Positions 19,036-29,100 of a stretch of 64,000 nucleotides of DNA are shown piece by piece. The stretch is from the NCBI GenBank assembly GCA_045635585.1, contig JAZTWA010000016.1:10785-74784 (forward strand), in the 5' to 3' direction. The translations under genes were made by a program, and so were the position numbers. Each line of letters starts with the position of its first letter. Positions within the stretch are counted from its first letter, which is position 1. Origin of the DNA: Candidatus Enterousia sp. (GTDB taxonomy: Bacteria > Pseudomonadota > Alphaproteobacteria > Rs-D84). Under the pieces are notes generated by a model. That model had not been told where the DNA came from. It saw only the letters and a program-made list of their open reading frames with translations, and searched no databases.

Positions 19036-20167
19036 AAAAATCAAAGTTTTTATTATCGCAGGTGAAGTGTCGGGTGATGTTTTGGGGGGGCGCATTATGT
19101 CGCATATGCCAGATGTCGATTTTGTTGGCATTGGTGGCGAAAATATGCAGGCGCATGGATTCACATCTTTGTTCCCGATGTCTGATTTAGCGGTTATGGG
19201 TATTGTCGAAGTGGTGGCGCATGCACGTACTTTGACATCACGTATCAATGAAACGGTTAATGCGATTTTAAATACCAAACCTGATATTGTTTTGACTATT
19301 GATGCGCCGGGTTTTGCAAAAAGTGTAATAAAAAAAGTTCGTAAATCGTTGGGCGGTCAAGAATTAATTAAAAATGGTATGCGTTTTCATCATGTTGTTG
19401 CGCCACAGGTTTGGGCATGGCGTTCGGGGCGTGCGAAAAAGTATGCAAAAATATTTGATAAATTGTATGCTTTTTTTGATTTCGAAGTGCCCTATTTCAC
19501 TAAATATGGATTGGATACTGTGGCCGTTGGGCATCCAATTGCCGAAGGGTTGATTGGGCAAACATTTGGTAAGAATACCAAAATATCTGATAAAATAATA
19601 ACATTGGTTCCCGGCAGCAGAATGTCCGAAGTAAAACGTTTATTACCACTGATGCGTGATGTTGTTGATATGTTGGGACGTAATGGGTATATGGGATATA
19701 AATTTGTTATACCAACGGTGGAAACAACGCGTAATTATGTTGAACAACATATAAAAAATTGGCCGATTAAGCCGGAATTGGTTGCTGGCAATCGGCGGTA
19801 TGAATTATATTCAAAGGCATATATTGCAATTGTGGCCAGTGGTACAGTATCTGCAGAATTGGCGATGTTGCATGTGCCGACAGTTGTTGTGTATAAGATG
19901 AATAAAATTACCACATGGATTGCGCGCAGATTAATACATGTAAAATGGGTTTCTTTGGTGAATATTTTGTTAAAACGTATGGTGTTGCCAGAATTCTTGG
20001 GTGCAGATGCAACACCAGAAAATGTTTTAAATGCAATTCAACAATTAACAATTCCGTCTGTTCGTAACAAAATGATAAAGGAATTAAAATCTGCGGATGA
20101 TATGTGGTGCAAGTCGGGTGTTGGGGCCGGAAAATTAATTGCAGAATATATAAAAAAATCCGCATAA
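19025..20167 (+). CDS. lpxB: Lipid-A-disaccharide synthase
   Basis: GT19 N-terminus KVFIIAGEVSGDVLGG and overall length match. Overlaps the lpxA 3' end. Confidence 0.9.
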   Translation: MQNKKIKVFIIAGEVSGDVLGGRIMSHMPDVDFVGIGGENMQAHGFTSLFPMSDLAVMGIVEVVAHARTLTSRINETVNAILNTKPDIVLTIDAPGFAKSVIKKVRKSLGGQELIKNGMRFHHVVAPQVWAWRSGRAKKYAKIFDKLYAFFDFEVPYFTKYGLDTVAVGHPIAEGLIGQTFGKNTKISDKIITLVPGSRMSEVKRLLPLMRDVVDMLGRNGYMGYKFVIPTVETTRNYVEQHIKNWPIKPELVAGNRRYELYSKAYIAIVASGTVSAELAMLHVPTVVVYKMNKITTWIARRLIHVKWVSLVNILLKRMVLPEFLGADATPENVLNAIQQLTIPSVRNKMIKELKSADDMWCKSGVGAGKLIAEYIKKSA

Positions 20168-20181
20168 TTGCGGAATTTTTT
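20152..20181. terminator. Bidirectional terminator between lpxB and the Cys-rich protein gene
   Basis: A7-TCCGCA-TAAT-TGCGGA-A-T6. The hairpin includes the lpxB stop codon. Confidence 0.55.
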
Positions 20182-22801
20182 ATATGATACCTTCGGGCAG
20201 TCCGTTTAGTTGGTTTGTGCCATCTGTACAGAAAGATTGTGTGTTGTCATTTTCTTTTAATTCGATATATGTGGTGCGTGGACATAATTGGTTCTTGGTA
20301 CTAAATACGTTATGGGTGCACCATGATGTTTCTGGAATGGTTGAATCTGGCATTGCCTCGTTGGACCATATGTTTCCTGTTCCTGCACATGTTGCATCAT
20401 TTGTTTTGTCTTTGGCGGGAATGGCATTAACACATTTTGCAGATTTTCCCCATTTGCTGCGACGGGCACCATTTTCCCAGCATAGACATGCACCCCATGA
20501 TTGTGTGTCAACCCCCAATCCGTAATCACGTGGACACATGTTTTCGCCCGTTCCAATAAAGTACAACTGATTTATTGTTTCGTATTTTTTGTCGTTGAAT
20601 TGGGATATACAATAATTTGTTTCGTCGTACATGTTCTTTTTGATGTGTTGTGGTTCAACAAAACGGCCGTTCATGTTTTGACATTGGGTTGATAACACAG
20701 ACAGAATTTGGTTGTAAACTTCGGTTGCGACACCTGTGGGGCGTTTGTTGCGATGTTTAAGTACGTAATCATCATTTTCTCGTTTTTTTACTTGTCTAAT
20801 AATACCATATTTTTGTGTGGTAGAGTCCTGGTTGAAAGTGTATTCTAAATTATTGTTACTGGTGTTGTCTACTGGTGCGATATCAAATCCACCAAATACT
20901 TCTTCAACATAGTCTTTACATGCGTCAACGTCGTATAACTGGGTGGCGCATTTTGATTTAAATTCGTATTTATAATCAGTTTTGCCATCGACAATTTCTT
21001 TCGTTATCAAATAACCGTCAGTATCGTATAGCGCGTTTTCAAGAGTTTTGATGTCATATAGTGTGAACCAATCGGCTGCTTTGCCAGAATCGAATAATCC
21101 GCTATATGGATAATAAAAGTTTTCATAATTTAGACCACCATATTTATCAAAACATTGTTTGGCAACCGCACGACATGCCGTAATAATATCTGTTTGCTTC
21201 TGGTTTTTGATGTATTCGGCAATTATGTTTTTATCAAACATATTATTACAGGATTCAACATAATCTGTGCACATTTGTGAACTTAGTGTGATTTTGTTTG
21301 GTTGTAAAACGATTCCAATGTCACCAGCCAATTCTTTCATTGCGGCAGTAATGGCATTTTCACCGTTCATGTAACATGTGGATATAAAGTCAAAACATCC
21401 CTGTTTAATATCAGAAACTTTGGATTTTTGGGCGTAATAGATATCCAACATTGCCTTGTCCAGATATTCGGCCCAGACGACATCTGCGTTTTCGACACAT
21501 TTATCCAGTGCGGGTTCTGCAAATTTTTTTGTGCGCTGTTCAAATGTTGATACAAATATGCGGTTAGATGGATTTTTCGCTAATTTCTGACTTGCGGCAT
21601 CAATACCGTCACTGAATACCAATAATTTTTCAAGTTCATAAAAGTTTTTTACGCCCGCAATTGCTTTGCCGGTGGTGATATCAATAAATTGGCCGTTGTC
21701 CAAGCACTTATGATAGTTGGCACCACATACTTCTTCACTTAATATTGCGGCTTCAACTTCATTAATACATGTTGTGATGTCTGAAGAATTATGCTTTTGA
21801 CGGTTTTCAACACGTGCCAAATCCAACATTGCGCTGCTTTCGCGTGTGGCGGACTTCATTTGTTTTTGAGTTGTTTCGATGGCTGTTTGTACGGTGTTAC
21901 AGTCTTGTTCAATTGCCATAAGATATGCAGTGATTGCGCGTTGTAACGATGCGTCGTTACAGTCGGATTTTACCGCCTGACGACATTGTGGATATACCGC
22001 GTTGTATAATGCCTGTCCGTTGTATGCGGCAATTGCCTGTCCGACATCGGTCATACCAAATGCATTTACCGTATCAAATGCGATGTTTATGCTGTTTAAT
22101 TCGGAATATTTTCCGCCGACATTTGTATCATCGCCACGGATTGAATTCATAATTGCTTGTAATAATGCTTTGGATGCAGATTTATCGTCGGTTAATGCCG
22201 CTTCGCCGTCAGATTCTGTGCGTATGGCGGTCGCCTGTTGGGCGGTCATGCCGACAACAGCCAGGTTTTCATTGAATTCAGTTAGTTGTTCTTTGGCACT
22301 TTGCAGTGTGTTGCGTTTTTCTGTCAATGCAAATACGCGGTCGTTACATGAACAGCGACGATAATCGTCGTTTTTTAGTGTACAAAATTGGTCCATACAT
22401 GAAAAGTATGTGTTTTTGCATTGTTCATATTCGGCACCAGTACGTGTTTCAGAAATAACAGATGTATTCGTTGGGGTGGATGCCGCACGTGATTTGATTC
22501 CAGTTGTATTCCCTGATTTTACAGATGTGCGTGAAACCGTTTTTTTTGACGTGCGTGCATTTTGTGTGGTGTCTTGTGTTTTTGTTGATGTTGGACGTGC
22601 GGTTGTCGTACGTGGTTTACTTAAAACAGTTGTGCGTTCACGATTAGATTGTTTTGTGGTTGTTGATACGCGATTTTGTGTCTGTATAACAGTTTTTTTA
22701 TCTGATTTTGAACGTGCGGTTGTTGTGCCATCACGAACAGCCGCGTCGGCCAAGCCAACGCAGACCAGCAGGTTTGCGGTAAAAATCAGAAGTTTCTTCA
22801 T
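20180..22801 (-). CDS. Large secreted Cys-rich protein (873 aa), unknown family
   Basis: Signal peptide MKKLLIFTANLLVCVGLADA, about 120 aa of T/R/S/K-rich low complexity, then a Cys-rich body (CKNTYFSCMDQFC..YRRCSC.., CGANYHKCLD). Paralogous to the ORF at 62693. Confidence 0.7.
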   Translation of the reverse strand: MKKLLIFTANLLVCVGLADAAVRDGTTTARSKSDKKTVIQTQNRVSTTTKQSNRERTTVLSKPRTTTARPTSTKTQDTTQNARTSKKTVSRTSVKSGNTTGIKSRAASTPTNTSVISETRTGAEYEQCKNTYFSCMDQFCTLKNDDYRRCSCNDRVFALTEKRNTLQSAKEQLTEFNENLAVVGMTAQQATAIRTESDGEAALTDDKSASKALLQAIMNSIRGDDTNVGGKYSELNSINIAFDTVNAFGMTDVGQAIAAYNGQALYNAVYPQCRQAVKSDCNDASLQRAITAYLMAIEQDCNTVQTAIETTQKQMKSATRESSAMLDLARVENRQKHNSSDITTCINEVEAAILSEEVCGANYHKCLDNGQFIDITTGKAIAGVKNFYELEKLLVFSDGIDAASQKLAKNPSNRIFVSTFEQRTKKFAEPALDKCVENADVVWAEYLDKAMLDIYYAQKSKVSDIKQGCFDFISTCYMNGENAITAAMKELAGDIGIVLQPNKITLSSQMCTDYVESCNNMFDKNIIAEYIKNQKQTDIITACRAVAKQCFDKYGGLNYENFYYPYSGLFDSGKAADWFTLYDIKTLENALYDTDGYLITKEIVDGKTDYKYEFKSKCATQLYDVDACKDYVEEVFGGFDIAPVDNTSNNNLEYTFNQDSTTQKYGIIRQVKKRENDDYVLKHRNKRPTGVATEVYNQILSVLSTQCQNMNGRFVEPQHIKKNMYDETNYCISQFNDKKYETINQLYFIGTGENMCPRDYGLGVDTQSWGACLCWENGARRSKWGKSAKCVNAIPAKDKTNDATCAGTGNIWSNEAMPDSTIPETSWCTHNVFSTKNQLCPRTTYIELKENDNTQSFCTDGTNQLNGLPEGII

Positions 22802-22877
22802 CTCTGATAAAAATGTTAGCAAATTTATGTTTTTTCACGCAAGTGAATAATAACAATTTCTGATATGATTTTTCTTG

Positions 22878-22906
22878 TTGCATTTATTTTGTTTTTAGGT
22901 TATTAT
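22878..22906 (+). promoter_or_regulatory. Putative promoter of the tRNA cluster
   Basis: TTGCAT-17 nt-TATTAT, ending ~15 nt before tRNA-Leu(CAG). Confidence 0.4.
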
Positions 22907-22921
22907 TTCTTTCGCTTTGAC

Positions 22922-23008
22922 GGGCGTATGGCGGAATTGGTAGACGCGCTAGTTTCAGGTACTAGTGGTAGTAATACCTTGGAAGTTCGAGTCTTCTTAC
23001 GCCCACCA
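22922..23008 (+). tRNA. tRNA-Leu(CAG)
   Basis: Folded by hand: acceptor GGGCGTA/TACGCCC, anticodon loop TTCAGGT, long variable arm, T-loop TTCGAGT, encoded CCA. Confidence 0.93.
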
Positions 23009-23019
23009 TACACAGTTCT

Positions 23020-23095
23020 GGGGTTGTAGCTCAGTTGATAGAGCGCTACGTTCGCATCGTAGAGGTCGTGGGTTTGAGTCCCATCAGCTCCACCA
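23020..23095 (+). tRNA. tRNA-Ala(CGC)
   Basis: Acceptor GGGGTTG/CAGCTCC with the G3:U70 identity pair, anticodon loop TTCGCAT, encoded CCA. Confidence 0.93.
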
Positions 23096-23113
23096 AATTT
23101 TTTAAAAGTCTTC

Positions 23114-23200
23114 GGGGATATGGCGGAATGGTAGACGCTGAGGACTTAAAATCCTTTGGTCATTGCGACCGTGTGGGTTCGAGTCCCACTATCCCCACCA
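23114..23200 (+). tRNA. tRNA-Leu(UAA); integration target of the island
   Basis: Acceptor GGGGATA/TATCCCC, anticodon loop CTTAAAA, long variable arm, T-loop TTCGAGT, encoded CCA. Confidence 0.93.
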
Positions 23201-23202
23201 AG
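23184..23202 (+). repeat. attL core: 19-bp direct repeat TCCCACTATCCCCACCAAG
   Basis: Last 17 nt of tRNA-Leu(UAA) plus 2 nt, identical to 34898-34916. Confidence 0.8.
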
Positions 23203-23333
23203 CATTATTAGCCCTTGATTGGGGCTTTTTTATTATTCTATTGCAAGCTTGTGTCAGGTTTGCTAAACTAAAAAAGTCAATATTATCAATCTATTATCGT
23301 ATCGGCTCAAGGTATAACAAAGGAGCAAATAAA

Positions 23334-25091
23334 GTGGTACGAAAACTGGTACGAAATATGGCAAGGGGATTGATGTTACGTTCTGGCGTGTTTTATTTTA
23401 GGCAGGACGTAAAGGGTATGGATGGAAAATATAGGTCAATTCGGCGTTCGTTAAGAACTTCGGATTTTCATACGGCATTACGGAGACTTGAACAAATGAA
23501 AAAATTTATGCGTGATTATGATGATTTGAGCCAAGAAGAACAGGCTGATTTTGCAAAATTCTATACAGGTGGCGAACTTAGTCAAATTGAAGATAGTACT
23601 TTGGAAAAGCTACGTGACAAGGACATGTTGGTACGATTCTTTTACGACCAATGGATGGCACAACATGCAGACTTAGATGAATTAATAGGCACTGTGGTAG
23701 AAAATGCACCGATAATAGACCTATGTAAAAAGGGCTTGCCAGATAGTGCCCTGGAGCGATATAACAAGGTGCTACAGGCTGCTGCAGATACAATTCAAGC
23801 CAGAGCTTTTTTAGACCTACGTATGCAAACAGATAGCTATGCACGAAAAAAGTTTGAAGAGGTTATGAGTTTCGTAAAGGACTCGGTACAATACACTTCT
23901 TGGGAAGAATATGTTGCACTAAAAGAAGGAAAAGCGCCTGTTGTTTTTATGCAACCAAATGTCACTGCCCCAGTTCAGGTAGTGCAACAATCTGTAGAAG
24001 AAATTCCAAAGCATACAATTCGAGAAATAATGGATGATATGTTATCACTGTCTAAGAATGATGACGGTACAAAAAAGAATAAACAACGTGATATAAAGAT
24101 TATGATTGAAGGGCAAGGACTGGCTTTGGATGACGAATACTCCAAAATGAATAGTCCCGATGTTATAAAGGCTATATGCAAAAGTGTAAATGAGCGAAAG
24201 AACGATAAAGGTGAACCCATTTTGAATGGCAGAAAAAAGAAAATGTTTACTGCCCTAAAAGACCTTATCAACAATGCTGCAAGTATGGAACCCAAATGCT
24301 TTAATGGTGACCAATTACTTCGTTGTATTCCTAGAATGTCCAAAGACCCAAAAGGTAAAACTAGTGCATATTGGCCTTATACAGAAGATATGTTGAAAAA
24401 TATATTTGACCCTAAGCATGACTTTTTTCAAAATCATCCAGAACACTTTGTCGCATGTTTGATTGCTTTGTTTTCTGGGTCCAGAACGACAGCGGCATCT
24501 ACCTTGCAATTCAAGGATATAACTGAAATAGATGGTATTTCTGTATTGTCTATATTTGAAGACCATGCTAAAAAGCGACTAAAAAATGACGAAACAGAAC
24601 GTTCTTTACCAATTGCAAAACAGTTGTTGGATTGGGGGTTTGTTGATATGATAAAACAGCGCCAAGACAAGATAAAAGCTAAACCAGACCGCTTTATATT
24701 TACAAAAATTAATGATTATAATGAAGAAAAAACAGGAGATGTTTTTATACGAACATACCATAGATTCCTAAAAGCAATTGGTATAGATAGAACAGATGGT
24801 AGAATATATACGTTTCACTCATTTCGAGATACTGTCAGCAATAAATTGGAAGATGTGGGTGTTACTAACCGTATGGCACATAAATTAGTTGGCTGGAAAG
24901 ACCATGGAACACGTGCAGAACACTATAGTAAACGTACTATTGAAGAATGGAAAGAGGCAATAGATAAATTGGTGTATTCTGAAGAAGTTCTGCATTTGGA
25001 ATATTGGAAACCGATAATCCACGAGCGCTATATCAATCAGGAAAAATACACTGCATCGAAAGGCAGAAAGCCCAATAAAAAACAAGATTAG
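23334..25091 (+). CDS. int: Tyrosine-type integrase (large, ~585 aa)
   Basis: N-terminus LMLRSGVFYFRQDV is typical of alphaproteobacterial island integrases. C-terminal catalytic residues: ..SGSRTTAAS.., HSFRDTV, LVGW...EHY. AAAGGAG RBS before GTG 23334. The track ORF start 23163 lies inside the tRNA. Confidence 0.88.
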   Translation: MVRKLVRNMARGLMLRSGVFYFRQDVKGMDGKYRSIRRSLRTSDFHTALRRLEQMKKFMRDYDDLSQEEQADFAKFYTGGELSQIEDSTLEKLRDKDMLVRFFYDQWMAQHADLDELIGTVVENAPIIDLCKKGLPDSALERYNKVLQAAADTIQARAFLDLRMQTDSYARKKFEEVMSFVKDSVQYTSWEEYVALKEGKAPVVFMQPNVTAPVQVVQQSVEEIPKHTIREIMDDMLSLSKNDDGTKKNKQRDIKIMIEGQGLALDDEYSKMNSPDVIKAICKSVNERKNDKGEPILNGRKKKMFTALKDLINNAASMEPKCFNGDQLLRCIPRMSKDPKGKTSAYWPYTEDMLKNIFDPKHDFFQNHPEHFVACLIALFSGSRTTAASTLQFKDITEIDGISVLSIFEDHAKKRLKNDETERSLPIAKQLLDWGFVDMIKQRQDKIKAKPDRFIFTKINDYNEEKTGDVFIRTYHRFLKAIGIDRTDGRIYTFHSFRDTVSNKLEDVGVTNRMAHKLVGWKDHGTRAEHYSKRTIEEWKEAIDKLVYSEEVLHLEYWKPIIHERYINQEKYTASKGRKPNKKQD

Positions 25092-25124
25092 CGGTCTGAG
25101 TTCTCGATTAGATTGGCTTGATAG

Positions 25125-25313
25125 TTATTCCCAGTGCCGGATACCAAATTTGTCGACTCGGATTTTGCGACCCAACGAAGATATTACAAAAATGTTGCCA
25201 TCTTTGTGGTAAGCTGCTTTGGCGTTTTGGAATTTTAGCTTGTTACCCTTGTTCTTTTTTACAATTACACAGTCATCTTCCCATCTGTAATGTAAATCAC
25301 TTTTTGCTGCCAT
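25125..25313 (-). CDS. Hypothetical small protein (62 aa)
   Basis: Good RBS (AAGGGG) and co-oriented with the upstream recombinase. No known motif. Confidence 0.45.
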   Translation of the reverse strand: MAAKSDLHYRWEDDCVIVKKNKGNKLKFQNAKAAYHKDGNIFVISSLGRKIRVDKFGIRHWE

Positions 25314-25389
25314 ATTTTACCCCTTGGTTTCTATGTGTAATAAATAGAACTTGCAAGGGTAATAAATATGGTCTTTGCTGGAATTTATT

Positions 25390-25974
25390 CTATATTCTGG
25401 CAGTTTCTACGGCATTTAACAACTGTGCCGGATTGGTGTTGTAATAACGTTGGGTAGTCTGGATGTTCCGATGATTGACTAACTGTTTTACCAAAAATGG
25501 ATTTATTCCATTATTAATCATTTTAGTTATGAACATGTGTCTCCCTAAGTGTGAAGCCCCATGAATCCCAAATTTTTGGTATATTGTGCTGAAAATACGG
25601 CAAATGGACACTCGATTAAATGGCTTGTTTTGCTTTTGCGACGTGAACAGGTATGTGTCGCCATCCATTTTTTCTCCATACTTAGTCGTCAAATACTTAA
25701 AGTAATTTTCTAATTCTCTTCTAAATTGATTGTTGATGTAGTATTTGGCCGAAAATTTACCCTTATTCTTGTCACTGTTCAAATCTATGACATCTTTGGC
25801 TGTGCCGTCAGTATTAAATACGTCTTTTACCTGCAGGCATCTGAAATTAATACAACGAAGTCCGTTTAGTGAACAAAAAAACATCATTCTGATTTGTTCA
25901 CTATGGTTGATACCCTTGATATAGGCAAGTATATCTTTCAGTTTTGAATCCTTTACATATGCTTTATTTACCAT
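25390..25974 (-). CDS. Short tyrosine recombinase (194 aa, FimB/FimE-size)
   Basis: Catalytic signature: LNGLRCINF (Arg), HLGRHMF (HxxR), VNHRNIQTTQRYY (His..Tyr). There is no separate N-terminal arm-binding domain. Confidence 0.85.
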   Translation of the reverse strand: MVNKAYVKDSKLKDILAYIKGINHSEQIRMMFFCSLNGLRCINFRCLQVKDVFNTDGTAKDVIDLNSDKNKGKFSAKYYINNQFRRELENYFKYLTTKYGEKMDGDTYLFTSQKQNKPFNRVSICRIFSTIYQKFGIHGASHLGRHMFITKMINNGINPFLVKQLVNHRNIQTTQRYYNTNPAQLLNAVETARI

Positions 25975-25990
25975 TTTATTTCCTTAGTAT

Positions 25991-26121
25991 AATGTTACAC
26001 TTTATTTGTATATTATTATATTGTAACATTTTGCTGCTGTCAAGTTATTAACGCGGTTTGCTACTCTTGGTTTTCTGGGGCTTTCCACGTTAATGTTACA
26101 AAATGTACCTTTTGTTACATT
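25991..26121. repeat. Cluster of four TGTTACA-core motifs
   Basis: AATGTTACA (25991-25999) with its inverted copy TGTAACATT (26022-26030), AATGTTACA (26092-26100) and TGTTACATT (26113-26121). Located between the recombinase start and the autotransporter end. Confidence 0.5.
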
Positions 26122-26125
26122 AAAT

Positions 26126-26152
26126 AAAAATCCCCCATTTGGGGGATTGGTG
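26126..26152 (-). terminator. Intrinsic terminator of the autotransporter gene
   Basis: ATCCCCC-ATTT-GGGGGAT flanked by an A-run and T-rich sequence. Confidence 0.6.
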
Positions 26153-26155
26153 TTT

Positions 26156-29100
26156 TTAGAACGCAAATCTGATTCCGGCTTTCAGATTCATATAACTGTC
26201 GCTGTCGGTAAAGTATTGTGCATTACCGTACAGATTCAGCCGGCCACTGTTATACTTAAATCCGATTGTTGCAGCGCCACGATAATCGTACAAGTTATCA
26301 TCATACAGATTAAATGTACCATCCATACCACGTATGCCCAATTCGATATTATAACAATCACTAAATTCACGATATGCCATCAGACCGGTATTGAATGATA
26401 ATTTTGAATTGTCTGCAAATGTACGGTCATATTTTGCATACAGTCCCAAGCCGGCTTCTACTGATACCAGATTAGAATCTGGGATAATCAGACCATACAA
26501 TTTGTTTTCTTCGTGTCCGCTTTGGTTGTACACAATCGCATTCAATCCCAAATTTGGCGCAACTGTCCAATTACCAAAGCTCAAAGGATAACGAATATCA
26601 TTCATCAGGCCAAAGATGCGTTTTTCAATATAACCTTCATAAGACATGTTATTGAATCCCTGACGGTTATATTCACCACGAGAAAAACCGATTTTTGGAT
26701 TCACAATGACTTCATATCCAGAATTAGTGTAAGTCATAGGCATATAGAATAATCCGATTGTATTCTGGCGGTTGATACCATCATCGTTACCGGTGCTGAT
26801 GTTCGCCATAGACATACCGTATCCCATTTTCCATTTGTCTGAAATACGGTCAATTGACAATCCATAGCTGCCCGAACCAACACCGCTTTGATTACTGAAC
26901 GAGAAGTAATTTACACCACCACTGATATCAACGTCATCACGACCGCTGGTTTCAAACAACTGTTCATTCATAGAGAAGTTCATTTCACGCATAGCCGCCA
27001 AATCTTCGTTGGCAAACTGATTGAATGCACCAAGGCCTGAGAAGCCGTTCAAAGCCCCCATAAATGCAGCATTTGTGCCGATAGATTTCAAATCACCGAA
27101 CAAATCAGTATTGTTACCGGATGCATAGTTGTGTGCCAAGAACGCAGCCAATGATTTGTTGTCTGTGAATTCATCAAACCCACGCATAGTCATAACAACA
27201 TCGTGTCCGTTACTGGCCAATCTAGCATTAAACAAGGCAGATTCAGATACCAGATTCAACCCAGATACGTCACCTGCATCAATCATGTTTTCGGCAACAT
27301 AGGTTGTTTGATTGCCACTGGACACCAATTCACTGGATATATTCAAGTCACCAGATATCGCATCCGTTGCGACAAATCGAGAACCAGCAGCAGCACGTAC
27401 AGTACCACCCATTGAATTCAAACTAAGCGTATCTGCAGACATGGTACCCGCATTTACCAATGTCGAACCATTTAACACGATATAATTACCGGTGTAACAA
27501 TATCTATCACTGCAAGCAGCGCCATTAATAGATATTTGACCTGTGTTAGAAACAGTAGAATCGCCTTCTACATAAATTCCATAGGCTGTACCATCTGCTG
27601 TTATATTAATGTTCCCAGAATTGATTACATGACTGCCGGTCTTTGCATAAATACCAAAAGCGTTTCCATTGGTTGTTATATTGATATCCCCAGAATTTTC
27701 TACGGTGCTATTTTCATCCGCAAACATACCAATAATTATACCGGCCGTATCCGATGTGGGCTCATGTGCAACCCCATATTCATCTAGATATGCATTACGT
27801 GTTATATTGATGTGGGCACTACTACTGTTTTCTAAATCGGACTCAGCCCCCCCTAACATACCTATAACACTTCCCGTTCCAATATTATTCAAGTTTATTG
27901 TAGCCCCATATGCATTGCGTCCAACTCCTTCATCAAGAACAACAGCCCCAACTATTTTACCAGAAGACATGTTTTGCAGATTGGTTTTTCCGTAATTATG
28001 TACACTTCCCCCCGTGAACCAACTAGATGTAGCAAAATATCCAGAAGAGTAAAGTCCAATTCCTATACCTGTACTTTGGTTTATTATTGAGGTTTCTGCT
28101 TCGGTATGATTTTGTGATAGAGCTTCTCCATATATGCCGTATGTAATACCTGTACCAAAGTTTTGTATTTTTATAATTCCTACTGGTTCATGATTAAATC
28201 TTTCAGTATAAGCATAACCATTAGTAGCAAGCCAGGATTTGATTCCGTAAACATCTCCATTGCCTCTATTTATAATATGCATAAATCCCTTCGTCTCTGA
28301 ATCAGAATAACTCCCACTGTGGTCTGAATTGTAAGCAGTTTTGTTGCCATACATACCGTATACATCACCATCTCCATGGTTATTAATAACTATTGTTCCG
28401 TTTGCTATTGGTAGTATGTGTATATCGCTGTCTTCTTCATTGATTCTGTGCGCGTATGCATTTAGTACATCATCACTATATAAACCATAAACATCGCCAT
28501 CACCATTATTGTCGATATAAATGGCCCCATAGGCTTCGCTGGTAAAACTGCCCAGTTCTGATTTTGCATACGCATTTATTACCTTGCCATTTCCATAGAT
28601 TCCATAAACATTGGCATTGCTATTATTTACAATACTTATACTTGCCGTATCGTATGCAAAATCTGTAGCATCGGGTCCAGTATAAGAATACGCATTATAT
28701 GTTTCTGGGTTGGTACTTGATGCTGCAGTATTCTGTATACCATAGAAATCTGCGACATCATTCTGATTATAAACCAGTGCCATTGTATCATTATTAAATA
28801 ATATTGCAGAATTTGCAGACATCCCAATATTATCGCTTGTTATACACCCTTGTTCAGACCAAATCTCATCTTCTTTACATTGGACAGGTTTGCATTCTTT
28901 GTATATACTTTCGCCAGATTGACAGGTGTTGCCAGTTGCCACATAGCCACCCACGCATTCTATTGTGTGATATGGACATTGTATAAGCGCATCACATTTG
29001 TATGTTGTTGTTGCCCCTGATAAACATGAGCTGCCTATTGTATATCCCGCTGGGCATTGTGACGAGTTGTTGTAATCAAAATCTGAACAATCGGCTGGAG

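Noticed and set aside
23163-23333. The 5' part of the integrase ORF as given in the track (start at 23163).
   Set aside because: It begins inside tRNA-Leu(UAA) and runs through the attL core and a terminator hairpin. GTG 23334 has an AAAGGAG RBS, and the typical integrase N-terminus starts there.
25344-25351. A third occurrence of ATAGAACT (the Rep-region palindrome half-site) near the short recombinase.
   Set aside because: An 8-mer is expected by chance about twice in 64 kb on both strands. Only the exact 13-mer duplication at 34336 and 34707 is treated as meaningful.
25991-26030. The 9-bp inverted repeat pair AATGTTACA/TGTAACATT as the boundaries of a fimS-like invertible promoter.
   Set aside because: The repeats are only 22 bp apart, too short for an invertible segment. 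It is more likely a dyad operator or recombinase-binding site, and is kept only as a motif cluster.
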